NCBI GenBank assembly: GCA_002753735.1
Contig: PEAN01000005.1
Coordinates: 26,651 to 90,650 of the forward strand
From: Magnetococcales bacterium DCbin4
GTDB lineage: Bacteria > Pseudomonadota > Magnetococcia > Magnetococcales > UBA8363
Reading direction: 5' to 3'
DNA: 64,000 bases
Shown: positions 18,967 to 31,097 of the stretch, piece after piece
How the letters are laid out: each line of letters starts with the position of its first letter
Numbering within the stretch: the stretch's first letter is position 1
Translations under genes and position numbers: made by a program
Notes under the pieces: generated by a model
Seen by the model: only the letters and a program-made list of their open reading frames with translations
Databases searched by the model: none
What the model was told of the DNA's origin: nothing

Positions 18967-19242
18967 CGCATTCAACCTTGATCACGTCGTCCATTCCCCT
19001 GAACGACGACCGCCTCGACTGGCATCACCACCCTCGGTTACATTATCATGGTTCCTGGGAGATGCGGGTCGGATATGGTAAACTGATCTTTCCCTGAATT
19101 TTTAGACCTCGCCAAAATCAAGGGTCCGGGTAGAGGCAATCCCTCTGTTGATCCAAGGTGTGTCATCCGCTTTTTTTCGACCACCGACAAACAGCCCTTT
19201 TCCCGCCACGGATCCAAATTTTGCCAATGGTTTGACTTGAGC

Positions 19243-20610
19243 ATGGAAGAATATTGGGTAAAAACAGTCGCATCGGTCAAGGCACAGGTCTCTCCAGAGG
19301 TGTACAATCTTTGGATCAAACCTTTGCGTCCCGGAAACAATCTTGCCGATGGCCGTCTGGAAATCTTCTGCCATAATGATTTTGCCGCCGATTACGTTCG
19401 CAGTCATTACGGAACCCTTTTGGAATCGGCCATGGCGGTCGAACGGGGGACCCATCAACCGCTTGCCTTCCGTGCCGATCCCGAACCCCGGATCCGGCCC
19501 GAAAAACCGGAATCCACGGAACCCAAGGCGCAACCCGCCGCAACCCTTCCCACCCACGAACCCAAAACCCAACCCGTTGCCTCATCTCAGGGAATGGGTC
19601 TGTTGGAACGCTATACCTTCGAGTCCTTCGTGGTCGGTGCCTGCAACCAGTTCGCCCATGCCGCCGCCTCCCGGGTCGCAGACGGCCCCCCGCTGGTCTA
19701 CAACCCGCTCTACATGCACGGTGGCACCGGTCTGGGGAAAACCCACCTGCTGCACGCCATCGGTCACAAAGTGCTGAAGGAACGGCCCCACGAAAAAATA
19801 TGTTACATCTCGTCGGAAAAGTTCATGACGCTGTTCATTGATTACACCCGCATGGGACGGGTCAATGATTTCAAGAGCCAATTCCGCGGCGTGGACATGC
19901 TCCTGGTGGACGATATTCATTTTTTCGCCGGCAAAAAGGGAACCCAGGAAGAATTTTTTCATACCTTCAACGCCCTGTACGGTGATGCCAAGCAAATCGT
20001 CCTGACCTCCGACAGCCTCCCCCAGGACATGGTTTTGGATGAACGGTTGCGCTCCCGTTTCGCCCAGGGATTGGTGGTCGACCTCCATCCACCCGATCTG
20101 GAAACCCGTGTCGCCATCCTGAAAAAAAAGGCCATCATGGAAGGGATTGATTTTCAGGATGATGTCGCCTTTTTCCTCGCGGATGCCATTCAAACCAACG
20201 TGCGTGAACTCGAAGGGGCGTTGATCCGGATCTTTGCGCTTTCCTCCATGGAACGGGTTCCGATCACCATGGCATTGGTCAAGGAAAGTTTGCGCAACAC
20301 CTTGAAAAATCCCGATCGCCGCGTCATCCCCATCGAAGAGATTCAACGGACGGTGGCGACATTCTACAAAATTTCCCCCATGGATCTGCGCTCCAACAAG
20401 CGCTCCCGGGAATTCAGTCACCCCCGGCAGATTGCCATGTACCTGTGTAAAAAACTGACCAACCATTCCTACCCGGAAATCGGTGAACAATTCGGCGGTC
20501 GCGATCATACCACGGTGTTGTATGCCGTTGGCCGGGTCAACGAAAAACAATCCGAGGATTCCATCCTGGCCAGGCAACTGCAATCCCTGACAGAAATGTT
20601 GAGCCATTGA
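19243..20610 (+). CDS. dnaA: chromosomal replication initiator DnaA
   Basis: AAA+ core (YNPLYMHGGTGLGKTHLL, LLVDDIHF), sensor motifs, and a C-terminal DNA-binding domain (IAMYLCKKLTNHSYPEIGEQFGGRDHTTVLYA). ATG 19243; an alternative TTG lies at 19237. Confidence 0.95.
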   Translation: MEEYWVKTVASVKAQVSPEVYNLWIKPLRPGNNLADGRLEIFCHNDFAADYVRSHYGTLLESAMAVERGTHQPLAFRADPEPRIRPEKPESTEPKAQPAATLPTHEPKTQPVASSQGMGLLERYTFESFVVGACNQFAHAAASRVADGPPLVYNPLYMHGGTGLGKTHLLHAIGHKVLKERPHEKICYISSEKFMTLFIDYTRMGRVNDFKSQFRGVDMLLVDDIHFFAGKKGTQEEFFHTFNALYGDAKQIVLTSDSLPQDMVLDERLRSRFAQGLVVDLHPPDLETRVAILKKKAIMEGIDFQDDVAFFLADAIQTNVRELEGALIRIFALSSMERVPITMALVKESLRNTLKNPDRRVIPIEEIQRTVATFYKISPMDLRSNKRSREFSHPRQIAMYLCKKLTNHSYPEIGEQFGGRDHTTVLYAVGRVNEKQSEDSILARQLQSLTEMLSH

Positions 20611-20637
20611 CGACATCCCACTCCAAGGTCACGTTTC

Positions 20638-21759
20638 ATGGAATTTCATATTCAAAAAGATCCCTTTCTCAAAGCACTTTCCCGCATCCAGACCGTGGTT
20701 GAGCGCCGCAACACCATGACCATGCTGGGAACCGCCCTGCTGGAAGCGCAGGATGGACGCATCACCTTGTCCGCCACCGACCTGGAGGTCTCCCTGCGCA
20801 CCACATGCAATGCCGAAATCCGGCAGGAAGGGAGCATGGCGCTCAACGCCAAAACATTGTTTGAAATCGTCCGCGAACTGCCGCCCACGAATGTTACGTT
20901 GCGGATGGAATCGGAATCCAGATTGATTCTCCTGGCGGGACGCGCCCGCTTCGAATTGGCTGGTTTCCCGACCTCCGAGTTCCCCAAGATTCCACAGGCG
21001 GAAGGGGAACGTTTTCACTTTGAGCGTGCCCTGTTGGTGGAAATGTTCAGCAAGACCCATTTCGCCATGTCCTCGGATGACAGCCGCTTCACCCTCAATG
21101 GAGTCCTGTTGCAACTGTCCCCTGCCACCGAAGATGGCCAAAGCCCCAAAGTGCGGATGGTCGCCACCGATACCCATCGCCTTGCCATGGTGGAAAAACC
21201 GATGACCCCGGACGTCGGAGAATTGCGCGAAGTCATCATCCCCAAAAAAGCGGTCTATGAAATGCGCAAGGTTCTGGAAGAAGATCAGGATGCCCTGGAA
21301 ATCATCATGGGGGCTGCGCATATTCAATTCATCAAACCGGAATTGACGCTGGTTTCCAAACTGGTTCAGGGACGTTTTCCCGATTATCGGCGTGTCATTC
21401 CATCACAAAACAGCATCCGTCTGAACATGGATCGTCAGGAACTCGACAGCGTCGTCAAACGGATCTCAGTCCTGTCGCACGAAAAATCCCGGGGCATTCG
21501 CATGCATGTCCATGGTTCATTGATGAAAGTATCGTCCAATAACCCGGAACAGGAAGCGGGTGAAGAAGAAATTTCCGTCCAGTTCAGCAGTGAAGACCCT
21601 TTTGCCATCGGTTTCAATGCCCGTTATTTGCGAGACATCCTGACTGCCATGGAAGGGACGGAAGTCTGTTTCGTGTTCAAGGATGACGAATCACCCGCTC
21701 TGGTCTTCGATCCGAACCGCAATGATGCCCTGTTCGTTCTGATGCCCATGCGGGTTTGA
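20638..21759 (+). CDS. dnaN: DNA polymerase III beta sliding clamp
   Basis: 373 aa with three-domain clamp similarity (ATDLEVSL, MVATDTHRLA, GRFPDYRRVIP, VLMPMRV). Position after dnaA. Confidence 0.95.
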   Translation: MEFHIQKDPFLKALSRIQTVVERRNTMTMLGTALLEAQDGRITLSATDLEVSLRTTCNAEIRQEGSMALNAKTLFEIVRELPPTNVTLRMESESRLILLAGRARFELAGFPTSEFPKIPQAEGERFHFERALLVEMFSKTHFAMSSDDSRFTLNGVLLQLSPATEDGQSPKVRMVATDTHRLAMVEKPMTPDVGELREVIIPKKAVYEMRKVLEEDQDALEIIMGAAHIQFIKPELTLVSKLVQGRFPDYRRVIPSQNSIRLNMDRQELDSVVKRISVLSHEKSRGIRMHVHGSLMKVSSNNPEQEAGEEEISVQFSSEDPFAIGFNARYLRDILTAMEGTEVCFVFKDDESPALVFDPNRNDALFVLMPMRV

Positions 21760-21765
21760 TGGTCA

Positions 21766-21826
21766 TGATCAAGAAATAAAATGGGGCTTGAGTGATTGCC
21801 CCCGGACCCCTTTTTTTTCTTAATCA
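21766..21826. repeat. compact single-palindrome copy of the intergenic element (dnaN|recF spacer)
   Basis: tgatcaagaaataaaatggggcttgagtgattgcccccggaccccttttttttcttaatca. The ends TGATCAAGAAA and TTTCTTAATCA are inverted repeats. Centre is gattgccccc/ggacccc with a T-run. Confidence 0.6.
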
Positions 21827-21832
21827 TTTTCT

Positions 21833-25401
<3,569 letters not shown>

Positions 25402-25414
25402 TGGTTGATGCCCG

Positions 25415-25888
25415 ATGAACCTCGGCACCCCCCACATTCGGGTTGCAGTGTATTCCACGCCCCTGGGTCCGCTTTGGGCTGAAATGACCGATCAGGGGGT
25501 GGTCTCCCTGGCGTTCAAACCCCTGTCGGCCTCTTCCCATCCAGATGACCCGTTCCCGGAACATCCCTTGCGGTCGTGGGTGGAAGATTATTTTGCAAAG
25601 CGTTTCCATCCCCCCACCTTTCCCCTGAATCCGGAGGGAACTTTGTTTCAGCGACGTGCATGGGCGGAAGCTTCGACGATTCCGGCTGGAACCGTCGTCA
25701 CTTATGGCCAACTGGCGGCACGACTCAATACCGCCCCCAGGGCCATCGGTCAGGCCATGGCCGCCAACCCCATCCCCCTTCTGATTCCCTGCCATCGGAT
25801 CATCGCCGCCAACGGTGGCATGGGTGGCTACAGTGGAGGTCAAGGCATCGACACCAAGCGTTGGTTGCTCTCCTGGGAAGGGGCCTGA
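25415..25888 (+). CDS. ogt: methylated-DNA--protein-cysteine methyltransferase
   Basis: C-terminal VVTYGQLA...PRAIGQAMAANPIPLLIPCHRII with the PCHR active site. Confidence 0.9.
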   Translation: MNLGTPHIRVAVYSTPLGPLWAEMTDQGVVSLAFKPLSASSHPDDPFPEHPLRSWVEDYFAKRFHPPTFPLNPEGTLFQRRAWAEASTIPAGTVVTYGQLAARLNTAPRAIGQAMAANPIPLLIPCHRIIAANGGMGGYSGGQGIDTKRWLLSWEGA

Positions 25889-25937
25889 CCCCATTGAGTT
25901 TCTTTCGATTCGGAAATTCTGCTACATTATTGATGTC

Positions 25938-26609
25938 ATGAATGATCAGAGACCGACCCGTTGGAGAAACAACATGCCACAAGAACTGACCCTTGACGAT
26001 ATCTGGAAGCTGTTCCGGGAGACCAACCGTATATTTCAGGAATCAAAGGAAAAAAGCGAACGTGATCTGGAAGAAACCCGGCGCATTCTGCGTGAAAGCA
26101 GTGCCGAAGCCGATCGGAGATCCCGGGAAACGGATCGTAAATTCCGGGAAATGGAGCGGGTCGTCAAAGATGTGTCCCGGCAGATCGGCCAGTTGGGGGG
26201 GCGCTGGGGTGAATTCGTGGAAGGGATGGTCGCCCCCGCCTGCGAAACCTTGTTTTTGGATCGAGGCATCCCGGTACACCGGGTCCATCAACGGGTCAAG
26301 GCCAAATATCCCGGCAACCGCCACATGGAAATCGATCTTCTGGTGGTGAATACCGATGTGGTGGTGCTGGTGGAGGTCAAAAGCAAACTGCGCGTGGAGG
26401 ATGTCCGGGAGCATGTGACCCGGCTGGCGGAATTCAAAAGTTTTTTTCCAGAGTATGTCGACCGGCGGGTGATGGGAGCGGTGGCGGGGATTGTGGTCGA
26501 AGAAAATGTGGAACAGTTTGCCATGAACGAAGGATTGTTCGTCATCGTCCAGTCTGGAGAGACGGTGACACTGGCCAACGATACACAGTTCATCCCCAAA
26601 ACCTGGTGA
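25938..26609 (+). CDS. DUF3782-like protein: N-terminal coiled coil plus PD-(D/E)XK nuclease-fold C-terminus
   Basis: Charged heptad-like N-terminus (FRETNRIFQESKEKSERDLEETRRILRES...RETDRKFREMER), then HMEIDLLVVN...VVLVEVKSKL (D...E-x-K pattern). Family call by recall. Start at ATG 25938 or 25974; the ORF-track start at 25815 overlaps ogt. Confidence 0.6.
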   Translation: MNDQRPTRWRNNMPQELTLDDIWKLFRETNRIFQESKEKSERDLEETRRILRESSAEADRRSRETDRKFREMERVVKDVSRQIGQLGGRWGEFVEGMVAPACETLFLDRGIPVHRVHQRVKAKYPGNRHMEIDLLVVNTDVVVLVEVKSKLRVEDVREHVTRLAEFKSFFPEYVDRRVMGAVAGIVVEENVEQFAMNEGLFVIVQSGETVTLANDTQFIPKTW

Positions 26610-27103
26610 CCATGTCTCGAAACGCCATCGTCAATGATAAATCCATGTGCATCATTGTGAACGGGTACGTGTTGTGGTGGGTTCGACCATTGAGCTGATA
26701 ACCATTAATCTTATAAGCAAATTTATTGGAAGCCGTTCCATCGCCCAATTGGCCATAAGTATTGTCTCCCCAGGTCCATACGGTACCATATGGTTACCTC
26801 TGAAGAGGTGGGTGTTGGCGTCGGAGAAGGAGTGGGTGTGGGTTCTGGTGTTGGCGCCGGGGGAGGATAGGTGCCGTCCTTGTGTCCTTTTTTGACTTTA
26901 TTGACCCCGTCCTCTACTCCGGTTATGACCGAGGTGTCCAGTTTGTTTGCCCCCGGTTTGCCTACCTCCAGATTATTAATGATCGTTTGCAGGGAAGTCA
27001 TTGCGGTACTGTCCACCCCGTAGGTTTCCTGGGTTTTTTTCGCGTTGCTGATATCCGTGGTCAACTGGTTTTTCTGTTTCTCCGAAATGGGAACCGCTTC
27101 CAT
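26590..27103 (-). pseudogene. decayed gene: PT-rich linker ORF that shifts frame into a lone RCC1-type repeat
   Basis: ORF 26723..27103 ends ...PAPTPEPTPTPSPTPTPTSSEVTIWYRM.... A different minus-strand frame from about 26810 down to the stop at 26592..26590 reads PYGTVWTWGDNTYGQLGDGTASNKF..., containing the canonical RCC1 repeat signature WGxNxYGQLGDGT. It has no start codon of its own and only one repeat. Confidence 0.4.
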
Positions 27104-27108
27104 TTTGG

Positions 27109-27543
27109 TCAGTGCGTCGGTTGTGCTGATGACGGGTCCATCTTGTTCATGGCCCGGGAAAACCGGGTTTTGGCATCATCGGACGAAATTTGCGTTTCAT
27201 TCGCCTGGGTCACTTTCAAGCTGTTGTTGACCATCTCCGCGCCAACCAGCGCTTTTTGTTGCGTTACCACTGAAACCATCGTATCGGAGGTGAACCCGGT
27301 AGGCATTTCGGCGGACAAGGCGGCTCCGCTCTTCTTGCCTTCCATCGAACCATCGACCATGCTGTCCTTGACGGTCACGGTTCCCCCGGAAACAGGACCG
27401 TCGATGACGGCACCCGATACGGTGGTCGATGACGAAGATGTACTTCCACTCCCGCCTCCACCCCCACCTCCGCATCCTGCAGCAGTCATCCACAGTGGAG
27501 CAACCAACGCAACCATGGCGGTTGCTTTCAACATGCGCGTCAT
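27109..27543 (-). CDS. lipoprotein, Gly/Ser-rich linker, unknown function (possibly the 5-prime part of the decayed gene downstream)
   Basis: Signal plus lipobox MTRMLKATAMVALVAPLWMTAAGC followed by GGGGGGGSGSTSSSS. The stop lies 5 nt before the next ORF, which is in another frame. Confidence 0.5.
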   Translation of the reverse strand: MTRMLKATAMVALVAPLWMTAAGCGGGGGGGSGSTSSSSTTVSGAVIDGPVSGGTVTVKDSMVDGSMEGKKSGAALSAEMPTGFTSDTMVSVVTQQKALVGAEMVNNSLKVTQANETQISSDDAKTRFSRAMNKMDPSSAQPTH

Positions 27544-27795
27544 CGTTCTTTCCCCATTTGAAGGTTGTATGAAATACTTGATGGCAACGACGAGTTGATC
27601 AATCTATGTTTTTTAGATCAACCAAACAAGACTGTTATTTTTAATTTGATTTTACCCCCCCCGGCAAAAGTCAAGCAAATTTTTAGCGTTTCTGGAAAAA
27701 TCATGCCGTTCCATTGGGTGCCACACCCATGGCCATCGCCTTGAAATCGGCTTGTTTTTATTGGTGATGGCGATTAAGCTGGCAAGAGAATCGGG

Positions 27796-28863
27796 ATGAT
27801 TCAGGAGACTGCGGCAATCGAAACGGGGTGTTCCTTGTCCGACCATGACTCAAGCTACAAGCTGCTTTTCAGCCACGCCGACATGGTTCAGGATCTGTTG
27901 GAAGGGTTCGTTAAGGAAAAGTGGGTCGGACAACTCGATTTTTCTACCTTGGAAAAAGTCAGCGGCAGTTTTGTGACCGACGATTTGCGTGATCGTGAAG
28001 ACGATGTGATCTGGCGGGTTCGCTGGGGTAGGGAATGGTTGTTCGTCTATCTGTTGCTGGAATTTCAATCGACGGTCGATTGGATCATGTCGGTCCGGAT
28101 TGCCACCTATGTCATGCTTTTGTACCAAGACCTGGTCAAATCGGGAATGGTGAAGCGACAGGATCGACTCCCGGCCATTCTTCCGGTAGTCCTTTACAAT
28201 GGCAAACGGCCATGGAACTCGGCCCTTGATGTCGCGGAATTGATCCGATCCATTCCTGGAGGACTCGACCATTATCGTCCGCGTGTGCGGTACCTGTTGA
28301 TCGACCTGGTCAGGTATCATGACACTCAATCAACGGCAAAACATAATCTTGTCATGGCACTTTGCCAGTTGGAAAAGAGCAAGACCGTCGAAGATATCCA
28401 TAAGGTGGTCAAACAGTTGATCGCGTGGTTGCAGACTCCAGAACAATCAAGTTTACGACGGGCCTTTACCGTCATGTTGGGACGGGTCCTGTTGCCGAAA
28501 AAAATGCCGGGACAGACCGTACCGGAATTGAACGACTTACAGGAGGTGGATACCATGTTGGCCGAAACGGTACAGGAATGGACCAAAGAGTGGCAAGCCC
28601 AAGGGTGGTCCAAAGGATTGCAGGAGGGATTGCAGGAAGGATTGCAGGAAGGATTGCAGGAAGGATTGCAGAAAGGATTGCAGAAAGGATTGCAGGAGGG
28701 AAAAGCTGCGCTTTTGTTGCGTCTGATTCAACGGCGTTTTGGCTCCTTGACCGAGGCACGCATCCATCAGGTGCAAACCGCAAGTCTGGAAACCCTTGAA
28801 CTATGGGGAGATCGGATACTTGAAGCCAAAACCCTGGATGAAATCTTCCTGGATCCGGAATAA
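27796..28863 (+). CDS. Rpn-family recombination-promoting nuclease / putative transposase (PD-(D/E)XK) with C-terminal DUF4351-like domain
   Basis: N-terminus HDSSYKLLFSHADMVQDLLEGFV, core DDVIWRVRW...VYLLLEFQSTVD...LPVVLYNG, and C-terminus AALLLRLIQRRFGSLTEARIHQVQTASLETLELWGDRIL. These are typical of the TIGR01784-type Rpn family, by recall. Confidence 0.8.
   Translation: MIQETAAIETGCSLSDHDSSYKLLFSHADMVQDLLEGFVKEKWVGQLDFSTLEKVSGSFVTDDLRDREDDVIWRVRWGREWLFVYLLLEFQSTVDWIMSVRIATYVMLLYQDLVKSGMVKRQDRLPAILPVVLYNGKRPWNSALDVAELIRSIPGGLDHYRPRVRYLLIDLVRYHDTQSTAKHNLVMALCQLEKSKTVEDIHKVVKQLIAWLQTPEQSSLRRAFTVMLGRVLLPKKMPGQTVPELNDLQEVDTMLAETVQEWTKEWQAQGWSKGLQEGLQEGLQEGLQEGLQKGLQKGLQEGKAALLLRLIQRRFGSLTEARIHQVQTASLETLELWGDRILEAKTLDEIFLDPE
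28615..28698 (+). repeat. in-frame 12-bp tandem repeat, 7 units (GGATTGCAGGAA), encoding (GLQE/K)7
   Basis: Counted directly. Units start at 28615, 28627, 28639, 28651, 28663, 28675 and 28687. Variants are caggag, caggaa and cagaaa. Confidence 0.9.
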
Positions 28864-28917
28864 GGATTTCCGCCGTTGAATCGTGGCCACCATCAGGTCA
28901 TGGCAATCGGCGATGGA

Positions 28918-29715
28918 TCAATGATCCAGCATCCACACATGGCGCAAGGCGGCCATGGCCAGGGATTTGCGCAAGGGGGCCTGTTCCAGGGAATTCATGG
29001 TCACATTGACGGCAAACGTCACGAGAGGCCCCCCTTTTTCTTCCACCCAGCCGACATACCAGCCAATCATCGGCTTGGCCGCCGTGGCCCAGCCTGTTTT
29101 TCCAAAAAGATGCCCCTGTTCCACCTCTTCCTGCGGCATCAGGCGGCGCAACGCCATCAAGGATCGTTCCGCAACAGGCAGTTGTCCCCTCGCCAGGCGG
29201 GCCATGAAGCGTACCTGCTCCAGAGGGGAAATGGATAAGGGTCCCTCCAGCCAGAATCGATCCACCTGGTCACCTGTTTGAGCGTTGCCATAACGCAACC
29301 GGGTCACCCAGTCCGCCATGCGTTGCTGGCCGATGCGCCGGGCAACCTCCTGAAACACCGGAACCGAAGAGACCGCCATGGCCTCCTGAAGAGTCAGGTC
29401 TTTCTCCCAGGCTTCGAGGGGATATCGCGTTTTGTTCCAGGGGAATCGTTCATCCCCACGCACCACCCCGGTTTCGAAGGCGATGAGGGCGTTGACGATC
29501 TTGAACGTGGACGCCGGAACGGATCGCTCCTGGCAACGCAGTTCGTTGGAAACCCCGGTTCGCTCCCGGTGAACCTCCATCACGATCAGGCACCCCTCCA
29601 TCCCGGCCTGCTGAAGAATATCGGCCAGTACAGGATCCTGCCGCAGTTCCGCTTGACTCCCGGACACAATCGAAAGCATCCCTGCGAGCAATAATCCAAA
29701 CAGGATGGGTTTCAT
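28918..29715 (-). CDS. class D (OXA-type) beta-lactamase
   Basis: Signal peptide MKPILFGLLLAGMLSIVSGSQA. All four class D boxes are present: STFK (PASTFKIVNAL), SSV (AVSSVPVF), YGN (LRYGNAQ) and KTG (FGKTGWA), plus FWLEGPLSISPLEQ. Confidence 0.9.
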   Translation of the reverse strand: MKPILFGLLLAGMLSIVSGSQAELRQDPVLADILQQAGMEGCLIVMEVHRERTGVSNELRCQERSVPASTFKIVNALIAFETGVVRGDERFPWNKTRYPLEAWEKDLTLQEAMAVSSVPVFQEVARRIGQQRMADWVTRLRYGNAQTGDQVDRFWLEGPLSISPLEQVRFMARLARGQLPVAERSLMALRRLMPQEEVEQGHLFGKTGWATAAKPMIGWYVGWVEEKGGPLVTFAVNVTMNSLEQAPLRKSLAMAALRHVWMLDH

Positions 29716-29738
29716 TTTTAAATCGGATGCCCTTCGGG

Positions 29739-29799
29739 CAAAAAAATCAACGTCAAAACCCTGGGGGCAATCCCCCAGACCCTTTTTTTTTCTTGATCA
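29739..29799. repeat. solo arm of the palindromic intergenic element (bla|tyrS spacer)
   Basis: aaaaatcaacgtcaaaaccctgggggcaatcccccagaccctttttttttcttgatca. Confidence 0.7.
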
Positions 29800-29805
29800 T
29801 TTTTC

Positions 29806-31023
29806 TCAAATGATCTCAATCCTTGCAAATTTCCGTTTTCCCGCCCGGACCAGATAGCGCTGTCCCGCAACCAGAGTCATCTTGCTGTCATTGACTTTTT
29901 GTTCATCAACCCGAACCGCGTTTTGCTGGATCAGACGCATCCCTTCACCATTGGAAGCCACCAAACCCGCCAGACGCATGGCGGTCGCCAAGCCCAACTG
30001 CCCGTTTTCAGAAGGCAAGGTGATCTCCATGACCTCTTCGGGAACCTCTCCATGTTTGAACACCGACTCAAAAGATTCCCGAGCTTTGAGTGCTGCCGGT
30101 TCACCGTGATAACGAGCCGTCAGTTCCATGGCAAGCAGTTTTTTGCACTCCATGGGATGTTGCCGCCCTTCAGCCACCGCCTGCTGGGCCGCCTGAATGT
30201 CACGCATCGATTGCGCAGATAATAATTCGTAATAACGCCACATCAGTGTATCGGACAACGACATCACCTTGCCGAACATTTCCCCCGGCGGGTCCATGAT
30301 GGCAATGGTGTTGTTCAAAGATTTGGACATTTTATTGACACCATCCAATCCTTCCAGGATGGGAACGGTTAAAATGCATTGCGGTTCCTGGCCATACTCC
30401 CGTTGCAATTCCCGCCCGACCAACAGATTGAACGTCTGATCCGTCCCACCCAACTCCACATCCGCCTTCAAAGCCACCGAATCATACCCCTGAACCAGGG
30501 GATAAAGGAATTCATGGATGGCAATGGGTCGGTTTTCCCGATAACGCTTGGCAAAATCATCCCGTTCCAACATGCGGGCAACCGTATGGCGTGATGCCAG
30601 TTGAATCATGTCGGCAGCACTGAACGGATTCATCCAGGTACTGTTGAACACAACACGGGTGGCCTGAGGATCAAGGATACGGAATGCCTGGGTTTTATAG
30701 GTTTCTGCATTGATGGCAATCTGCTGTGGCGTCAATGGTTTACGGGTTTCACTCTTACCGGTCGGATCACCAATGAGACCGGTGAAATCGCCGATCAAAA
30801 ATAATACTTCGTGACCCAATTGTTGAAACTGGCGCATTTTTTGGATCAACACGGTATGGCCCAGGTGCAGATCGGGGGCGGTCGGATCGAATCCCGCCTT
30901 GATCCTGAGCGGTTGTCCGGTGTTTCGGCTGCGGTTGAGTTTTTCCTCAAGCGCCGTCTCCTGAATGATGGTAACCGTACCACGGCGAATCAGATCCATT
31001 TGTTCGGAAACGGGTTTGAACAT
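29806..31023 (-). CDS. tyrS: tyrosine--tRNA ligase
   Basis: HIGH-type motif [13 protein letters not shown] motif present, and a C-terminal S4-like domain ([15 protein letters not shown]). Start moved to ATG 31023 ([15 protein letters not shown]); the ORF-track start at 31107 would overlap divergent anmK. Confidence 0.93.
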   Translation of the reverse strand: MFKPVSEQMDLIRRGTVTIIQETALEEKLNRSRNTGQPLRIKAGFDPTAPDLHLGHTVLIQKMRQFQQLGHEVLFLIGDFTGLIGDPTGKSETRKPLTPQQIAINAETYKTQAFRILDPQATRVVFNSTWMNPFSAADMIQLASRHTVARMLERDDFAKRYRENRPIAIHEFLYPLVQGYDSVALKADVELGGTDQTFNLLVGRELQREYGQEPQCILTVPILEGLDGVNKMSKSLNNTIAIMDPPGEMFGKVMSLSDTLMWRYYELLSAQSMRDIQAAQQAVAEGRQHPMECKKLLAMELTARYHGEPAALKARESFESVFKHGEVPEEVMEITLPSENGQLGLATAMRLAGLVASNGEGMRLIQQNAVRVDEQKVNDSKMTLVAGQRYLVRAGKRKFARIEII

Positions 31024-31097
31024 GTTTTCATGACCAGACAGGTTGTAGGTTGACCCTGGGATGATGGGTACTCTAACACAAAACGGAAACGGGAGAC

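Noticed and set aside
18967-19242. Possible oriC in the fmt-dnaA spacer, and DnaA-box clusters elsewhere near dnaA.
   Set aside because: The spacer is only 276 bp and not AT-rich. The best matches to TTATCCACA are 6-7 of 9 (e.g. TTGGATCAA, TTTGGATCC). The dnaA-dnaN gap is 27 bp. The AT-rich blocks at 41.3 kb and 50.4 kb contain only one or two relaxed boxes each. The origin cannot be placed from this window.
28615-28698. Tandem 12-bp arrays (here and at 47975..48058) considered as CRISPR-like or minisatellite non-coding arrays.
   Set aside because: There are no spacers, the units are contiguous and in frame within Rpn-family ORFs, and they encode a GxQE peptide repeat. The long antisense ORFs they create (e.g. 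47921..48106, 28537..28776) are artefacts.
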